A stretch of 64,000 bases of DNA, from the NCBI RefSeq assembly GCF_004010195.1, contig NC_057719.1, positions 68,508,567-68,572,566 on the forward strand. Reading direction: 5' to 3'. Made by a program: the position numbers and the translations under genes. This document shows, piece after piece, positions 1-13,249 of the stretch. The notes below the pieces were generated by a model that was not told the DNA's origin, searched no databases, and saw only the letters and a program-made list of their open reading frames with translations. Source of the DNA: Chiloscyllium plagiosum. Lineage: Eukaryota. Position 1 is the first letter of the stretch; every line of letters begins with the position of its first letter.

Positions 1-3000
1 AGTGGAGCAGGGGATGGTAAGAGTTGGTGGTGGATACAGGAAACAATTTCAAGACTGTTTTCAGGTCCCAACATCACTGCATGGTGTGTATGGTGGGTTG
101 GGGGTAGGGATGGAGGAGGTGGGAGAGTAGAAAACGGGCTCCAATTGTAATGGGGCTGCCCTCTAAACTGACCTGGAGATCAACTCTTTGTTCATTCAAG
201 GACTCTGGCTGGATGCTCACAAGTGAAAAATCTATCAGAGCCCTTCCAGTTTGAAAGGAGAAACAGGCTGTGGAGGAAGGTCAGTGAGATAGAAACAGAC
301 TGAGAGAAAGAGTCCTTCAATGGAAGTAACTCCACTCTGCCTTCTAAAAATGTTAATTATAAAATGCCTGTTACTGTGGTCATCGATGCATTGGGGTGGA
401 AAGCCATTCTAAAGGGTGGCCTATTGCTATTGCAGTAACCAGGTGGATATGGAGTGCTTCAGGTCTTGGCATCCCTGGTCTGCCTCCATTAAGGTTGCAT
501 CCAGGCACCTAAATTGGTTTCTGCCATTTTTTTTCTGATCAGCCTGCTTTCTCGTCTTTGATGGCCTTTCATGAGCAACGTTGGCTATCTGCCATGTGTG
601 GGTGAGTAACTCTGCCATTATCTGCCTCATTCTGTCTTCAAGCAAATGTTCCCAGGTGAACTGTAACCAGGGAATTGGCACTCCAGCCAATGGGGCTACA
701 TTTAGTTCCTGCTGCCCACCTGATCCTAGCTTCTGCAGGGCAAAACTTCTTGCTGCTTATCTCTGATGTTTTAGTTAGCTTTTCTAAAATGCACCTATTA
801 GAAAATGTTCTCTTTAAAGAGAGATTTTAGAGAGTTGTCCATAATCTTGCTTAGAACGTTGTCATACACAATATTGTCATATAATACCGTGCTAACAGCA
901 CAGAAGAAAGCAACCTTTAAAAGAAAGCTCCAGCTGTGAGATAGATTTTAGAATAACTGCACCTTGTATACTTCTTTAAAAAAATAGGTTTAACCATACA
1001 TCTGTATTTGGGTGGCAATGATGCTGGATACTTAAGACAAATCAACTCTAAAATGATTGGCAATTTATATCGCATAACAACGATGTGACAAATTGTGAAA
1101 CAGAGGGTCAGGGGAATCAAAACCTGCCTGATTACTCCAGCAGCCTGTTTCTAATATGCAATCCCTCTGACTGTGTGTTAGAATTGGCACATATAGCTGT
1201 TAAACATCTGTTTGTCAGAATTTGGGAGTAATCACTGAGAGTAATTAACAAATTCTGCAAGAGGAGTAATCCCAGATTGCAATGGTTCCACCAGTCAATG
1301 GAAAACAGGGACAGATATTCCTTCACAACGCATAAAATTCTCATCAAACTGAGTCCTTTTCTGAACCAAAGGTTTTAGTTTCACTTTATTTCTGCAAACG
1401 TTTGGTGTAATTGAATATTATTACCAGTTCTAATGAATATTTCAATGTACTTTATCTTAGAATGGAGGATTGCAAGCTGATTAAAAACATGAAGCATAGT
1501 TTTATGTTTTAATCTGTTTTGAATCCCCCTTTGCAACACGTAGCAGACTGGTATGCTCATTATTGCCATTAGTGAGAAACACAAATAATATTTTTCCAAC
1601 TGGCTTGTTGAAAATTTTTAACAGAATCTGCCTTTGAACATAAAACGTTCTCCTCATTAAAGTTACCGGCAGTGCGCTGTCACGGATAGAGGCCAATTCA
1701 TAAATAGAGTGAAGGCCGTTACTTTTGCCTTTTGTTGGCAACTGATTGCTGCACATTAATGCCAACTGTTTCAGAGATTCAGTCACATTTCCTTTCGTCA
1801 TTCTGTTCATTAACTCAGTCCAATCATTCTCTGCTTTTCTTTTTCAATCATTCTCTTTACCCATGCTTTGATATGTTTAACTTTACCCAAATTATATTTT
1901 TTGAATATTTTTACAATGGTATGAAATTATCAGTCTTGCTTCACAGGCTTCAGAATAAGCTTGTTAGACTCAATGTTGTTAGATTTCCATTAGTCAAAAC
2001 GCCTTCTGTATTTCTTGAAACCACCTCTGATTCTACATTCTTCCGATGTAAGTCTTTGGGACAGCACAGTGATTCGCCATAATGAATTCCAGTGCATTTT
2101 ATTTAGTCTATATATTCTGCAAGCACTCTGTTACAATGTTGCTCATTCTTTCCTTAGCTCTAGCTTTGTGTATATGCTTGATACAAATTCCTCTCAATCA
2201 CGTGTGAACTGATTTATCCTTCATAACAATCTGAAAAGGAAGTTTATTTTTGTAAGCAATCCATCTGAAGTACAATTGAGACTGACAGAGAAGTGTACAA
2301 CAGCTATCTAGCATCCGAAACATAGGTTTTGTTTTGCTGAAATTAAGGTTCTCTTTGATCCATAAAATAGATTACTTTGCAAACTGTTTGAATGCTATAA
2401 TATATAATCCAAGGCAGTAGTGGGTTAGATATGGCCAACAATTATGCTTCCCAGGCAGCAATGAACCTTTCGAGCTAATTTATGGAAAGTTTATGCACAT
2501 GAGCCACCAGCATGTTAATCTGGTTGAATGTAAGTGGTGCAGATTTCCAGCTCCGCTATATTGATGTCCCATACATCATGTAGATTACTAAAAACACTTC
2601 AAACTTTTACTTTCCAAGTGATGGATTAAATTTCACAAGATCAGGGTAGATATAGATGGTGTTAGGAGGTTGAACTTATTCATCATCTCAATTATTGAAA
2701 GTGGTTTCACTAACATCATATTCCCAGATCATATTTCATATTCACATACCTAACTGGCAAAGAAAGCACAGCCAAGGCAGGGAATACTAAAAATGTAGAA
2801 AGTGTTTTTGTTTGATTTATGGCTGGCTGGAGCAAGTTTTCACTTCGGCTCCTTAATCATTAAAGCTTACTATTCTTATGCCTGCTGTTTCTTTGTTTAA
2901 ATAATTTTATGCCTCACATGTGATCCCTCCAGCGGTGTGTTTTTGTTTTCTTCTGCCTACTTTCCTTTGAACTAGCCTTGGAAATGTGGAATGTTACATT

Positions 3001-3164
3001 TAAGAGCAATGGGAAAACTGCTATAAATTCCATGGCTTCCACCATTTTGCACCTTCACTGTAAATGATGATTGGTGTTATAATAACGGTAGATATTTTCT
3101 TGGAGGCTTGTATTATTTATGTCAATAAAACCCTTAATGGATACATAAGGAAAGCAAATCTCAG

Positions 3165-3560
3165 GAAAGAGTGACACGTTGCTGTAGTTTTTTGACTTGG
3201 ACTCAATGGATCAAAAACAAGAATGCCAGATTTCAAATAACTTTAACACTTTATATCACGGGAGAAAAAGAATATGAATTGTCTGGCAATTGATTGATTG
3301 GCTGGAGCACTGACATGGATAGATCAATGGGGGGCTATAGATTCCCCAGTTAATACAAGAAGGAACTCGCTTTGAAAATATTTATTTTGTTTTTGCAGCG
3401 AATGAGTCATTGAATATGAATGTATGTTGTGTCTAGCAAGTGTAAATCAATTATATTATTAGTGAACGAATGTTCTTAAGTTAATAATTATTATTGAAAT
3501 TATTAACACACTCAGGATTGTTCAGCACATTTTGCCCAATCACAGAATTATATGTAACAG
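3165..3560 (-). mobile_element. Old interspersed repeat, same family as 17860-18130 (PLE-terminal-like)
   Basis: The reverse complement of 3165-3290 aligns by eye with 17865-17905 plus 18040-18115 (ttgaaatctggcattcttg...gagtccaag...aaaactacagcaacgtgtc vs ttgagattt...gagggcaaggtgaaaagcttcagcaatatgtc). Confidence 0.4.
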
Positions 3561-3979
3561 GAGATATGTTGTGTTTTGCAATAATTTTGTATAATCTATA
3601 TTCTGCCTGTTACAAATAGCTAGAAGAATATATTGTTTGAGGTGATCAGCCAATCACTGTAATATACAGCCTCTGTACTTGTCATCACTCTAGCACAGAA
3701 ATTCATACACAATGTTACTCAACCTTTTACCTCCAAAACTGAATACAAAGTACAGGGTATTGCAAAAATTCTCGTTCAGAACTTCAGCTCATGTTTACAC
3801 AATGCTCGTGTTGATTAGTCTTATTTTCCAATTTTTGCATCTTTCCTGAAGTAGTTGTAATTGGTGAAATAGCTGATTATTTTTTTCCCTTTGGCCTTGT
3901 GAAAGCACATTTTGATGCCATTGCTTAGCACCAAAGCATGAAACAAGAAAAAAAAAAGACAATTGTTTCATTAATATGG

Positions 3980-4613
3980 GACATGAGGAGTGGCAGATGG
4001 AGATTAATTCAGAGAAATGCAAGGTGCTGCATTTTGGGAAAGCAAATCTTAGCAGGACTTATACACTTGCAATTCTGGTCTCCTTCCTCTCAGAAAGATG
4101 TTGTGAAACTTGAAAGGGTTCAGAAAAGATTTACAAGGATGTTGACAAAGTTGGAGGATTTGAGCTATAGGGAGAGGCTGAACAGGCTGGGGCTGTTTTC
4201 CCTGGAGCGTCGGAGGCTGAGGGGTGACCTTATCTAGGTTTACAAAATCATGAGGGGCATGGATAGGATAAACAGACAAAGTCTTTTCCCTGGGGAGGGG
4301 GAGTCCAGAACTAGAGGGCATAGGTTTAGGGTGAGAAGGGAAAGATATAAAAGAGACCTATTGGGCAACTTATTCACGCAGAGGGTGGTACGTGTATGGA
4401 ATGAGCTGCCACAGGAAGTGGTGGAGGCTGGTACAATTGCAACATTTAAGAGGCATTTGGATGGGTATATGAATAGGAAGGATTTAGAGGGATATGGGCA
4501 GGGTGCTGGCAGGTGGGACTAGATTGGGTTGGGATATCTGGACGGCATGGACAGGTTGGACCGAAGCGTCTGTTTCTATGCTGTACATCTCTATGACCGT
4601 ATGACTCTATGAC
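3980..4613 (+). mobile_element. CR1-clade LINE (HER1-like) 3' fragment, ORF2 C-terminus plus 3' tail
   Basis: Translates to QFWSP..KDVVKLERVQKRFTRML..LSYRERLNRLGLFSLERRRLRGDLI*VYKIM..GHRFRVR..FTQRVVRVWNELP, with an in-frame stop, and ends in a (TATGACTC)n-type tail. Confidence 0.93.
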
Positions 4614-4929
4614 AATGGAGTAAATGGTATGAAAAGGATTTTAGTTTCCAGATATACAGCACATACCAATCTGTTGAGATCCATGGTTTGTATATCAGTT
4701 TTCATGCGCCATGCCTTGTACCATTGAAATAAATTGTTGTCACGATATTAAATATTCTAGGCTGCTTCTGTGTTGCACAATATTAACACTGTGATATTAA
4801 ACCGTACCATAATGTATGTGCATTGGACCAGCAGCACTTATGTTCTTAGATTTGTAACACTTTTTTAATTCAATGTGTATCAGTTAGACTGTCCATACAA
4901 GGTTGATCTCAATCTAAATCCACAGAAGA

Positions 4930-5660
4930 GCAAAAATGTAGTACAATCAAAGTGAAAAAGAAGAGCTGTTTGGTTTGAGATCTCATATATATTACACAAA
5001 TATGTATCTTGGGAATATGGTGAACATAGTGGTTTTCTTACGGGATGAACAATGAAAGAAAATTGAAAAAACTTGCATTTGTATGAAAACAGATGGTTCT
5101 GGAGAAATCCAACAGGACTGAGAGCATTTAGGGAGAGAGAACCAGAGTTAGCATTTTGAGTCCAAAGAAGTGGACACAGACACAAAGGTGTTGAAAAGGA
5201 GTTGAACATCATGTCATGCACAAGTTTAATTGAGCTGGCTTTGCAAAGGAATGAAACCAGGCACAGTTGGGTTCAGCATTGGTGGGCAAAAGGACAGAGT
5301 ATAGTAAATCCACAACTAAAGATGGTATTGGATGAAGGAATGAGGGCAGAGGGAAGGAAAGCAGAGGAAGAATCCAGAGCGATATTGGTACCTGTGAGTT
5401 GTTGGAGCTTGTGTTCGTTATCACCTGAAAGGAAGATAAAATGTTTCTTAATAAGGCACCCAATAAGATGTAGAATGAATAGAAATGGGGACCAGGACAG
5501 CTTTGAGACAACATAAAGTGGTGCTGGTGGAGACAGAGCTTGAGGGTGTGCATGTGATGGCACAAAGCACTGAGTGCGGATCCCAACATGTGGTGAGAAC
5601 AGCTATCTGATGAGCATTGTGCATCTCAGAGATACCTGTGATCTTGGCAGATTTTAAAAC
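4930..5660 (-). mobile_element. Highly decayed L2-like LINE 3' relic
   Basis: The reverse complement contains tctctccctaaatgctctc and related text resembling an L2 3' region. Very diverged. Confidence 0.3.
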
Positions 5661-5879
5661 ATAAATAAATGAAATTAGATCAGGCGGGCAGTTACTGAGG
5701 AAGGTAATATTAATGCAAAAGCAAGTTTTGTAAAGATCTTATCAAACACTAGATGGGACATAAAAGGCGATGAGGGTAAACAAGTTACAAGATTCAAACA
5801 TAAATCCCCTTGGAATAAATATCAGAACTCCTTCAAATTGACATTATTTGAAGAGAAGTTACAGCAAATTAAAGATTAA

Positions 5880-6070
5880 ATGAAAAGCAAAGGATTTTGC
5901 AGACGCTCAGGATCAGAAATAAAAACCGAAAATGCTGAAGAAAATCAGGAAATCTGGCAGCAATTATAGACAGAGAAACAGAGTTAACATTTTGAGTCTG
6001 ATATGACTGTTCCTTAGAACTGCAGGGAGCTGAGAAAGTGAGAGATCTATGCTTTGGAAAAGCAGGTGGG
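5880..6070 (-). mobile_element. Penelope-like terminal repeat (pLTR), inverted relative to the adjacent RT relic
   Basis: Reverse complement resembles 61790-61925 and 45865-45975 (..aaatgttaactctgtttctct..tgctgccagatttcctga..). Confidence 0.6.
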
Positions 6071-6239
6071 GAGCAAGTGGGACAGATGAGAAAAATAACC
6101 CAGAGCCAGAAGCAAGGGGCAATAATATTGTAGTGGAGAAGTTACATGAAGAGTTGGTGTTAATATCAGAAAGTAGGTCAGTTCTGCTCAGAGAAAACAA
6201 ATAACTAGAGAGCGGAAGGGAGTAATCAAAATTTCTCCT

Positions 6240-7050
6240 TTAATTTGCCTCAGTTTCTCGAAGTGAAGTGTATGGCTACGGGTACCTGCAGAGTCCCAGT
6301 CATGCCTGCTTCTTTCTGGGATATGAGAATATTCCTTACTCCAGCCCAACTCATGGCCCCATCCCAGATCTCTTTCTCTGATACAACAGTGACTGCATCA
6401 GTGCTCTTGTCCATTAATCTTGCTTTCAATTTCCATCCTTCTATCACCTTCACCTGCTCCATCTCTGACTCTTTCCTTCCCTTGCTTGACTTCTCTGTTC
6501 TCATTTCTGGGGATTGGCTGCCTATTATTATCTGTTACAAACACACCAACTCCTACATCTTCCTCAACTACACTTGCTCACATCCTACTTCCTGTAAGGG
6601 CTTAATTCCATAATCCTAACTCTTCCAATATATCTTCCTTTTTCCTCAACCAAGGGTTGTCCACCTATTTGATGACAGGAGTTGTCCAACCCATTAATTG
6701 CACTTCTGTCCTCATGCCTATCTCTCATTCCCTGTGTTAAGAGACCCTTGCCCTCACTTTCCATCCTCTGCAATCAACGGATCATCCTCATCATTTCCAC
6801 CACAACCTGCAGGATGTCACCATCAAGAACACTTGCCCCTCACCTCCACTGTTAGTATTCCATAGAACAGTACCTTCCATGACACCATGGTCCATTTCTC
6901 CTTCATTTAAACTCCTTTCTTTTATTCCGTTCCCCAATTATGCTGCAGGTGTAACAGTTTTACTTCCTCCCTCCTCACTGTCCCAAGGCCTAGAAAAAAA
7001 CTTTCTATGTAAAGCAGTGGTTTACTTATATACTTGTCACCTGGATTTGC
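6240..7050 (+). mobile_element. Penelope-like element reverse-transcriptase relic
   Basis: Frameshifted translation gives VKCMATG..., FHPSITFTCSISDSFLPLLDFSV, CYKHTNSYIFLNYTCSHPTSCKGLIP, matching PLE RT motifs (G.AMG, F..LD, Y.K.T....YL...S.HP). Confidence 0.8.
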
Positions 7051-7088
7051 TTTTATCAAATTTGTATCACACATTTCATGTCGACTGT

Positions 7089-7727
7089 TAGATAGGATAG
7101 TGACGAAGGAGTTTGGTATGCTTTCCTTTATTGGTCAGAGTATTGAGTACAGGAGTTGGGAGGTCATGTTGCTGCTGTTCAGGTTAGACCACTTTTGGAA
7201 TACTGTGGGCAGTCCTGGCCTCCCACCTTTTGGAACGATGTTCAGAAAAGATTTATAAGGATGTTGCCAGGGTTGGAGGATTTGAGCTGTAGGGAGAGGC
7301 TGAATAGACTGGGGGTGTTTTCCCTGGAGCGTCGGAGTCTGAGGGGTGACCTTATAGAGGTTTATAAAATCATGAGGGACATGGATAGAGTAAATACACA
7401 AGGTCTTTTCCCTGGGGTGGGGGAGTCCAGAACTAGTGGGCAAAGGTTTAGGGTGAGAAGGGAAAAATTTAAAAGAGACCTAAGGGGCAATTATTTCACA
7501 CAGAGGGTGGTGTGTGCACGGAATTACCTGCCAGAGAATGTGGTGGAGGTTGGTACAATTACAACATTTAAGAAGCATTTGGATGGATATATGAATAGGA
7601 AGGGTTTAGAGGGATATGGGCTGGGTGCTGGCAAATGGGACTTGAATGGGTTGGGATATCTGGTCGACATGGACGAGTGGGAACAAAGGATCTGTTCCAT
7701 TTTGTACATCTCTATGACTCTATGACT
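7089..7727 (+). mobile_element. CR1-clade LINE (HER1-like) 3' fragment
   Basis: ORF 7156-7725 reads VRPLLEYC..W.P..VQKRFIRML..FSLERRSLRGDLIEVYKIM..FTQRVV. Tail tctatgactctatgact. Closely similar to 3980-4613. Confidence 0.93.
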
Positions 7728-7859
7728 GGACATCCAAAGTGTTTTACAGGCAAGTAAGTACTTTTTTTTGAAGAGTTTTTTTGTAATCCATAGAGTTTGT
7801 CTATAATTCTCTAGAAAGCAGTTCAAATCTCAGTACCTATTTAAATAATTTGAAACCAC

Positions 7860-8090
7860 AACTGACTGGTACTAATAATGGTGACCATGACACTCAAAAA
7901 GTGCCATAAAGCGTATGTGAAAATCCTAGAGCCAAGAAAAAACTCAATCCTTACCTGGTCTGGTTTAAATTCAATTCTAGAATCTAAACACTGCTATTAT
8001 CCAATAAATGTCTTTGTCAGGCCATTCAGTAGCATGCAAGAAATTACTTCAGCACTGCATTCTCAACTCAATTACAAATAAATAATAATG
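7860..8090 (+). mobile_element. Degenerate copy of the tRNA-headed SINE-B
   Basis: atggtgaccatga...atccttacctggtctgg matches the reverse complement of 46100-46220. Confidence 0.5.
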
Positions 8091-9619
8091 AGAAACACAT
8101 ATCCAGTATTTGAATTTTAGAAGTTGATGGATTTATTTTTAATAAACAACTGAGGAAGGGCTAACATCTAGAAAGCAAGATGCCAGCCAGTGGTAAATAG
8201 TTCTATATGAGAATGAGGAAGAAAGAGAAAGAAGTTAAAGGGAAAAAAACAGGTTCTTTTCAATCAACCACTCATTTTATATGTACAGCATGGCACAAAG
8301 CAGGACAGAGCAAGAACACTGGCTATTATACATTTCTTGCCTAACTCTCGGCAGCTGGAAATGTGACTTTAGACTGGAAACCTCTTCCTTCAGTTGATTT
8401 TCCACCAATTTGATCGTCTGTTTATGGAATTGCTCGATAATACCACCAACGTCTCAAGCTTGCTTTTCCTGCTTTTTCTGTTTCAATGAGAACAGCACAG
8501 CCAACATTATGAATGTTAAAATGGAAAGAAGGGCACCTTTCTTTTAAATTATAACATTTAAATCTATAATATGAATTTCATAACTTTTTCTCATTCCGTA
8601 TAATTATAGCAGTGAAGCTATGATTCTTTTAAATGTTGATGAGTACTGATATTGCATGTCATAAATCTTGCAGATACATAATTTAATTGCATTACTACCA
8701 GTGAATGTATTTGCAAAGGCTGTGCGTGAGAATTTATGGGCATGACAATGAATTTACATGTTTGTGAAATGGTTTAGTCCATACACAAGCTGCATAATTT
8801 TATTGAAGGCATGACTTACGCTGTAAGAAGGTGGGGATCTTCTGAGGAAAGATGATTCTATTCAGCTGTAATACAGCTGACCTGTGTCATTTCCCCCTCT
8901 TTTAATTGCATTTGTTTCTTCTCTCCTAAAAGTGTTGGCTTTTTGCCATGTTATTATTTTATTTGCCCTGATGCTTTGTTCAGGCGACCTCTCATTCCTG
9001 AGCTCAGATTTTAACTCTGTCTGCCTCATAGTAATCAGGCCAGGATTGCAGTTAAAATAGTGATGTGTATTTATGTACTTAATGTGCTTGTGACTGAACA
9101 TTTTAACTCTCACTTTTCAGAGGTAGTGAAATAACTATATTAATATACTAAATAGGATGCAATTAGACCCTGATGTTTTTCTAACTAAATACCGGCAATC
9201 CTGTGCTGTGCTGAACACAGCAGTAAAATTTGGCAGGGTGAGTGTCTAAGACCCACTAAAGTAATATTAAAAGGCATACTCAGCTGCAGCTAATGTTATG
9301 ACTGGATCATTGCACCTCATATCGCCAGAAGAACTACCAATGTCCAAATGGTTTATTTCTGATATATTGTTGCCTTACTTTCCCTCAATAAGCTTATTTA
9401 CTGATTATGAGTACTCTCATCATCAATTTCATTTGGATCGAGGTTGGGAAGAGGTTGTCTTAGCAACCAACAATTGGGTCTCTGCAAAATAGTTGAGGAG
9501 GGCCCTAAAGTGCACAGAGGGCACAAGTCAAGAATTATTCTTGAATCTATCCAACAAATAGTGCACTGGAAACATGTATAACTTGGAGGTGGGGTGTTCC
9601 TAGGCAATCATGATTAGAT

Positions 9620-10030
9620 GCTCGGTGTGGAACTTGCAGATTTGAGAAGTATGATTTAAAAGAAATCTTGGCAAATTGCTGTTATACATCCTGTGAATGG
9701 TGAACACTACAAGCCCCACTGGTGGAAGGAGTGAACATCGAAGCTAGTGGATGCGGGTTCCATTACAAAGGCCTGGATCATGTTAAACTTCTTTTTGAAT
9801 GTTGTTGGAGCTGCATTCATTGAGACAAGTGTGCATAAAGTTCCTTAGCTATCCTTGAGTTTTACCTTGCAGAAGATGGACAGATTTTGAAGAGCTAAGA
9901 CATGAGTTACTCACCACAGAATACCCAAACTTCAACCTAAATATTATTTATATGACTGTTCCTATTGAATTTTGGGTCAACGGAGTCTTGCATAATGGTG
10001 AGGGTGAGAATTTAAAGATAATAATACCAT
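9620..10030 (-). mobile_element. LINE-B (old CR1/L2-group LINE) fragment
   Basis: Homologous on the same strand to 18520-18900 and 51680-52065 (ttgttggagctgca..gagttactcaccacagaata). Confidence 0.7.
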
Positions 10031-10054
10031 TGAAATATCATATTCAAGAGGCTT

Positions 10055-10382
10055 GTCACCATCCAAGGCAGAGCAACTCACTCGATTGACACCACATCGA
10101 CAAATATTCACTCCCTCCATCAAGAATGCTCAGTAGCAGCAGTGTGTACCATTTACAAGATGTACTGCAGAAATTCCCGAAGGGTCCTTGGACAGCACCT
10201 TTCAAATACACAACCACTATCATCGATAAAGTCAAAGAACAGATATATGGAAATGCCATCACTTGCAAGTTTCTCTCCAAGCTGCTCAACATTCTGACTG
10301 GGAAATAGACCACATTCTTTTTTTTGCTGCAGCAAATGGATTGCAATAGTTCAAGAAAGCTGCTCATCACCACCTTCTCAGG
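10055..10382 (+). mobile_element. LINE-B 3' fragment
   Basis: caccatcca..attcactccctcca..ctcagtagcagcagtgtgtaccatttacaagatg..gctcatcaccaccttctca, homologous to 49195-49540. Confidence 0.8.
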
Positions 10383-10519
10383 TGTAACATTATCAACATT
10401 CTGGGTTAACCACTGATGAGCTGTACTAGCTTTATAAATATTGCCAACACAAGATTAGATCAGAGTAGGAATCCTATGGTAAATAAATCACATCCTTTGT
10501 CTATCATCTAAGTTAGGCA

Positions 10520-11000
10520 TGTGATAAAATATTCTTCACTTGTTTGGATGGATGCAGCTCCAACAACACTCAAAAGCTTGACACCAGTCAAGACAAAGCA
10601 CTCTACTTGATTAACAACACATCCACAAGCATCCACATCCTCCACCATTGATGCTTAGTAGTAGTAGTGTGTACTATCTACAAGATGCACTGCAGAAATT
10701 CACACAAGATCCTGAGACAACACCTTCCAAACCCACGACCACTTCCATCTAGAAGGACAAGGACAACAGATACCTGGGAACACCATCACCTGCAGGCTCC
10801 CCTCCAAGCCATTCACCATCCTGACTAGGAAATATATTGCTGTTGTTCCATTGTTGCTGGGTCAAAATCCTGACATTCCTTCCCTAACGGCATTGTGGGT
10901 GAAGAAGGCAACTCACTACCACCTTCTGAATGGCAATTAGGCTTGGGCAATAAGTGTTGGCCAGCTGGTGATGCCCATATCCCACAAGTGAATAAAAGAA
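10520..11000 (+). mobile_element. LINE-B 3' fragment with intact 3' end
   Basis: Same family. Ends gggcaataagtgttggcc..atgcccatatcccacaagtgaataaaa. Confidence 0.85.
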
Positions 11001-11029
11001 AATGAACTCAACCAGTCAAATATTTTCTC

Positions 11030-12090
11030 CTATTTCCCATTCATTTCAGTTTTTCTCAGGCTCTTTGATGTAAAACCTGGTCAAATGCTGCTTTAATTTA
11101 AAGGCAGACACTCTTATCTATCAAGATAAGGCACCTATCAGGTTCAATTCTTTTTTTCCCCACGTTTTGACAAAGACTGTAAAAGTTGGGAAGCAAGACT
11201 CCTGGTGAAAACTAAACAGATTATCAGTAAGCATATTTTTTACTATGTATGTCTGACTTGATAGCGCTGTTAAAAACATTTTCTTGATCATGTTACTATT
11301 AATTAAGGAGGAAGTTGATGGGACAGTAATTTCTCTAATTCTGTTTGTCCTGCTTTATTTTGTGCACAGGAAATTAATTTGCAATTTTCCACTTTATTGG
11401 TTAAATTCCAGTGTTGTAGATAGATTAGAACATCTAGGCTGCCTACAGTGAAGTGCAAGTCTTCAACACTATTCCGACAGTGCTGCAAGGGTTTATAGAC
11501 GTTGCTGTATCCAGTAGATGTCACATGGAATTGATCAATTTGGCTGAAGATTGGCAATACTGTGATATCAGGGACCTTAGCAGGAGGTTGAGATGGATCA
11601 CCCACTTCCCAATTCTGGCTGAAGATAGATAGGAATGCTTGTGCCCTGTCTTTTGCATTGGCATCCTGAACTCTACCATCTTGGACCATGACGATTGCAT
11701 GCAGTACTTCCCTCTCCCATTAACTGTTCAATTTTCCAACACCATGCACAGTGGCAGGACTACAGACTTTTGATCTTAGCAGTTAACATGGCATCACCTA
11801 GCTCTGAATATAGGATGCAAATAGTTCTGTAGTGTCGCTTCACCAGTTCAGCACATTGCTTGGTGTTACTCCTTGCATACTCTCCAACACTCTTCATTGA
11901 ACCAGAGCTGGTCCCCTGGCTAATGGTAATAGAAAAAATGAGGGATATACTGGGTTAGGAAAATACAGGTTGTTGAGGAACACAATTCTGCCAATGCTGT
12001 TGGCCCACAGTGCTACATGAGCCTATTCTTTTTTGGTAGTGCTATACAAACTCATGGAGGGTGTCCTCAGTGTGACAGTGGTGTGTTATT
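11030..12090 (-). mobile_element. LINE-B internal ORF2 relic
   Basis: ORF 11303-11689 contains AKDRAQAFLSIFSQ..DPSQPP. Homologous to 40850-41350 and 19790-20010. Confidence 0.65.
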
Positions 12091-12346
12091 TATTTAGCAT
12101 TCATATCAGCCTTCACTTCGAGGAAGCACACTATCACTAGCAATCCTGATAGTTGAGGAAGACCAGAGTGAAAGCAAGAAAGCAGCAGACAAAGGATGGT
12201 CATCTGGGGCATGAAAAAAATCAGTTAATTACTCAAATCATTTTCATTTTCAGCTCATGCTGCGAACGTGCATAGATCTCCACCGCTTGAGTAGATCTAG
12301 TTACATCCTTCACTTTCCACTCACTCTCTATTTAAAAAAAATCAAC

Positions 12347-12464
12347 TTTTAGAGGGATATGGGCCAGGTGCTGGCAGGTGGGACTAGATTGGATTGGGAT
12401 ATCTGGTCAGCATGGACAAGTTGGACCGAAGGGTCTCTTTCTGTGCTGTACATCTCTATGACTC
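12347..12464 (+). mobile_element. CR1/HER1 extreme 3' tip (5'-truncated)
   Basis: Near-identical to 4483-4597 (tttagagggatatggg..ggtgctggcaggtgggactagattgg..ctgtacatctctatgac). Confidence 0.9.
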
Positions 12465-12792
12465 TTCTATTAATTACATGGGGAAAATGCTGGATCAAAA
12501 GCTGCTATTAAGCCAAACTGCAGCTTGCAGACAAAACAAGATGAACTTAATGGAAAATATAATAATTGCCTTCCATTAATTTCTCACCCAAGTGATCAAC
12601 TGGTTAAAATCTAAATCATCTAATTCCTACAAAGTAGTTCCCTGTGGCCTCAGCAAAGCTGTTGGAAGAATATGGTTCTTCATGGAATTTTCAATTTGTT
12701 CATGCTTAGTGACTTCTCAATACATTTGCCGATGGGTGAGGACATGGCTGCAAACTCTTACCCTTTGTATCAAGGCTCTGCTGATGATAGCG

Positions 12793-13199
12793 GGATCTAG
12801 ATTAGAGCGGTGCTGAAAAAGCACAGCAGGTCAGGCAGCATCNNNNNNAGCTGGAAGTTTGGAACTGGGGTAAGGTGAGGGGAGGGGAAAAGGGGAAACT
12901 GGTGAAGTCCACATTGATGCCCTGGGGTTGAAGTGTTCCGAGGCGGAAGATGAGGTGTTCTTCCTCCAGGCATCTTGTGGTGAAGGAGTGACGTGGAGGA
13001 GGCCCAGGACCTGCATGTCCTCGGCAGAGTGGGAGGGGGGAGTTGAAATTTTGGGCCATAGGGCAGTGGGGTTGATTGGTGTGGGTGTCCCGGAGATGTT
13101 CCCTAAAGTGCTCTGTGAGGAGGCATCCAGTCTCCCCAATGTAGAGGAGATTGCATCGGGAGTAACGGATACAATAAATGACATTGGTGGAAGTGCAGG
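12793..13199 (-). mobile_element. Penelope-like element 3' end: GIY-YIG endonuclease plus pLTR, 8-bp TSD
   Basis: The minus strand encodes NVIYCIRYSRCNLLYIGETG..EHLR..RCLEEEHLIFRLGTLQPQGINVDF. TGATAGCG occurs at 12785-12792 and 13200-13207. Contains an N gap at 12843-12848. Confidence 0.9.
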
Positions 13200-13249
13200 T
13201 GATAGCGCTAAGGTATTTTTTGAGGGCTTGCTGACGGAGCAGACATGCT

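Noticed and set aside
427..690. 87-aa ORF / possible Myb-SANT relic
   Set aside because: Similarity is too weak to call; probably decayed transposon DNA.
7156..7725. 189-aa ORF as a host gene
   Set aside because: It is a CR1 ORF2 C-terminal fragment running into the LINE tail.
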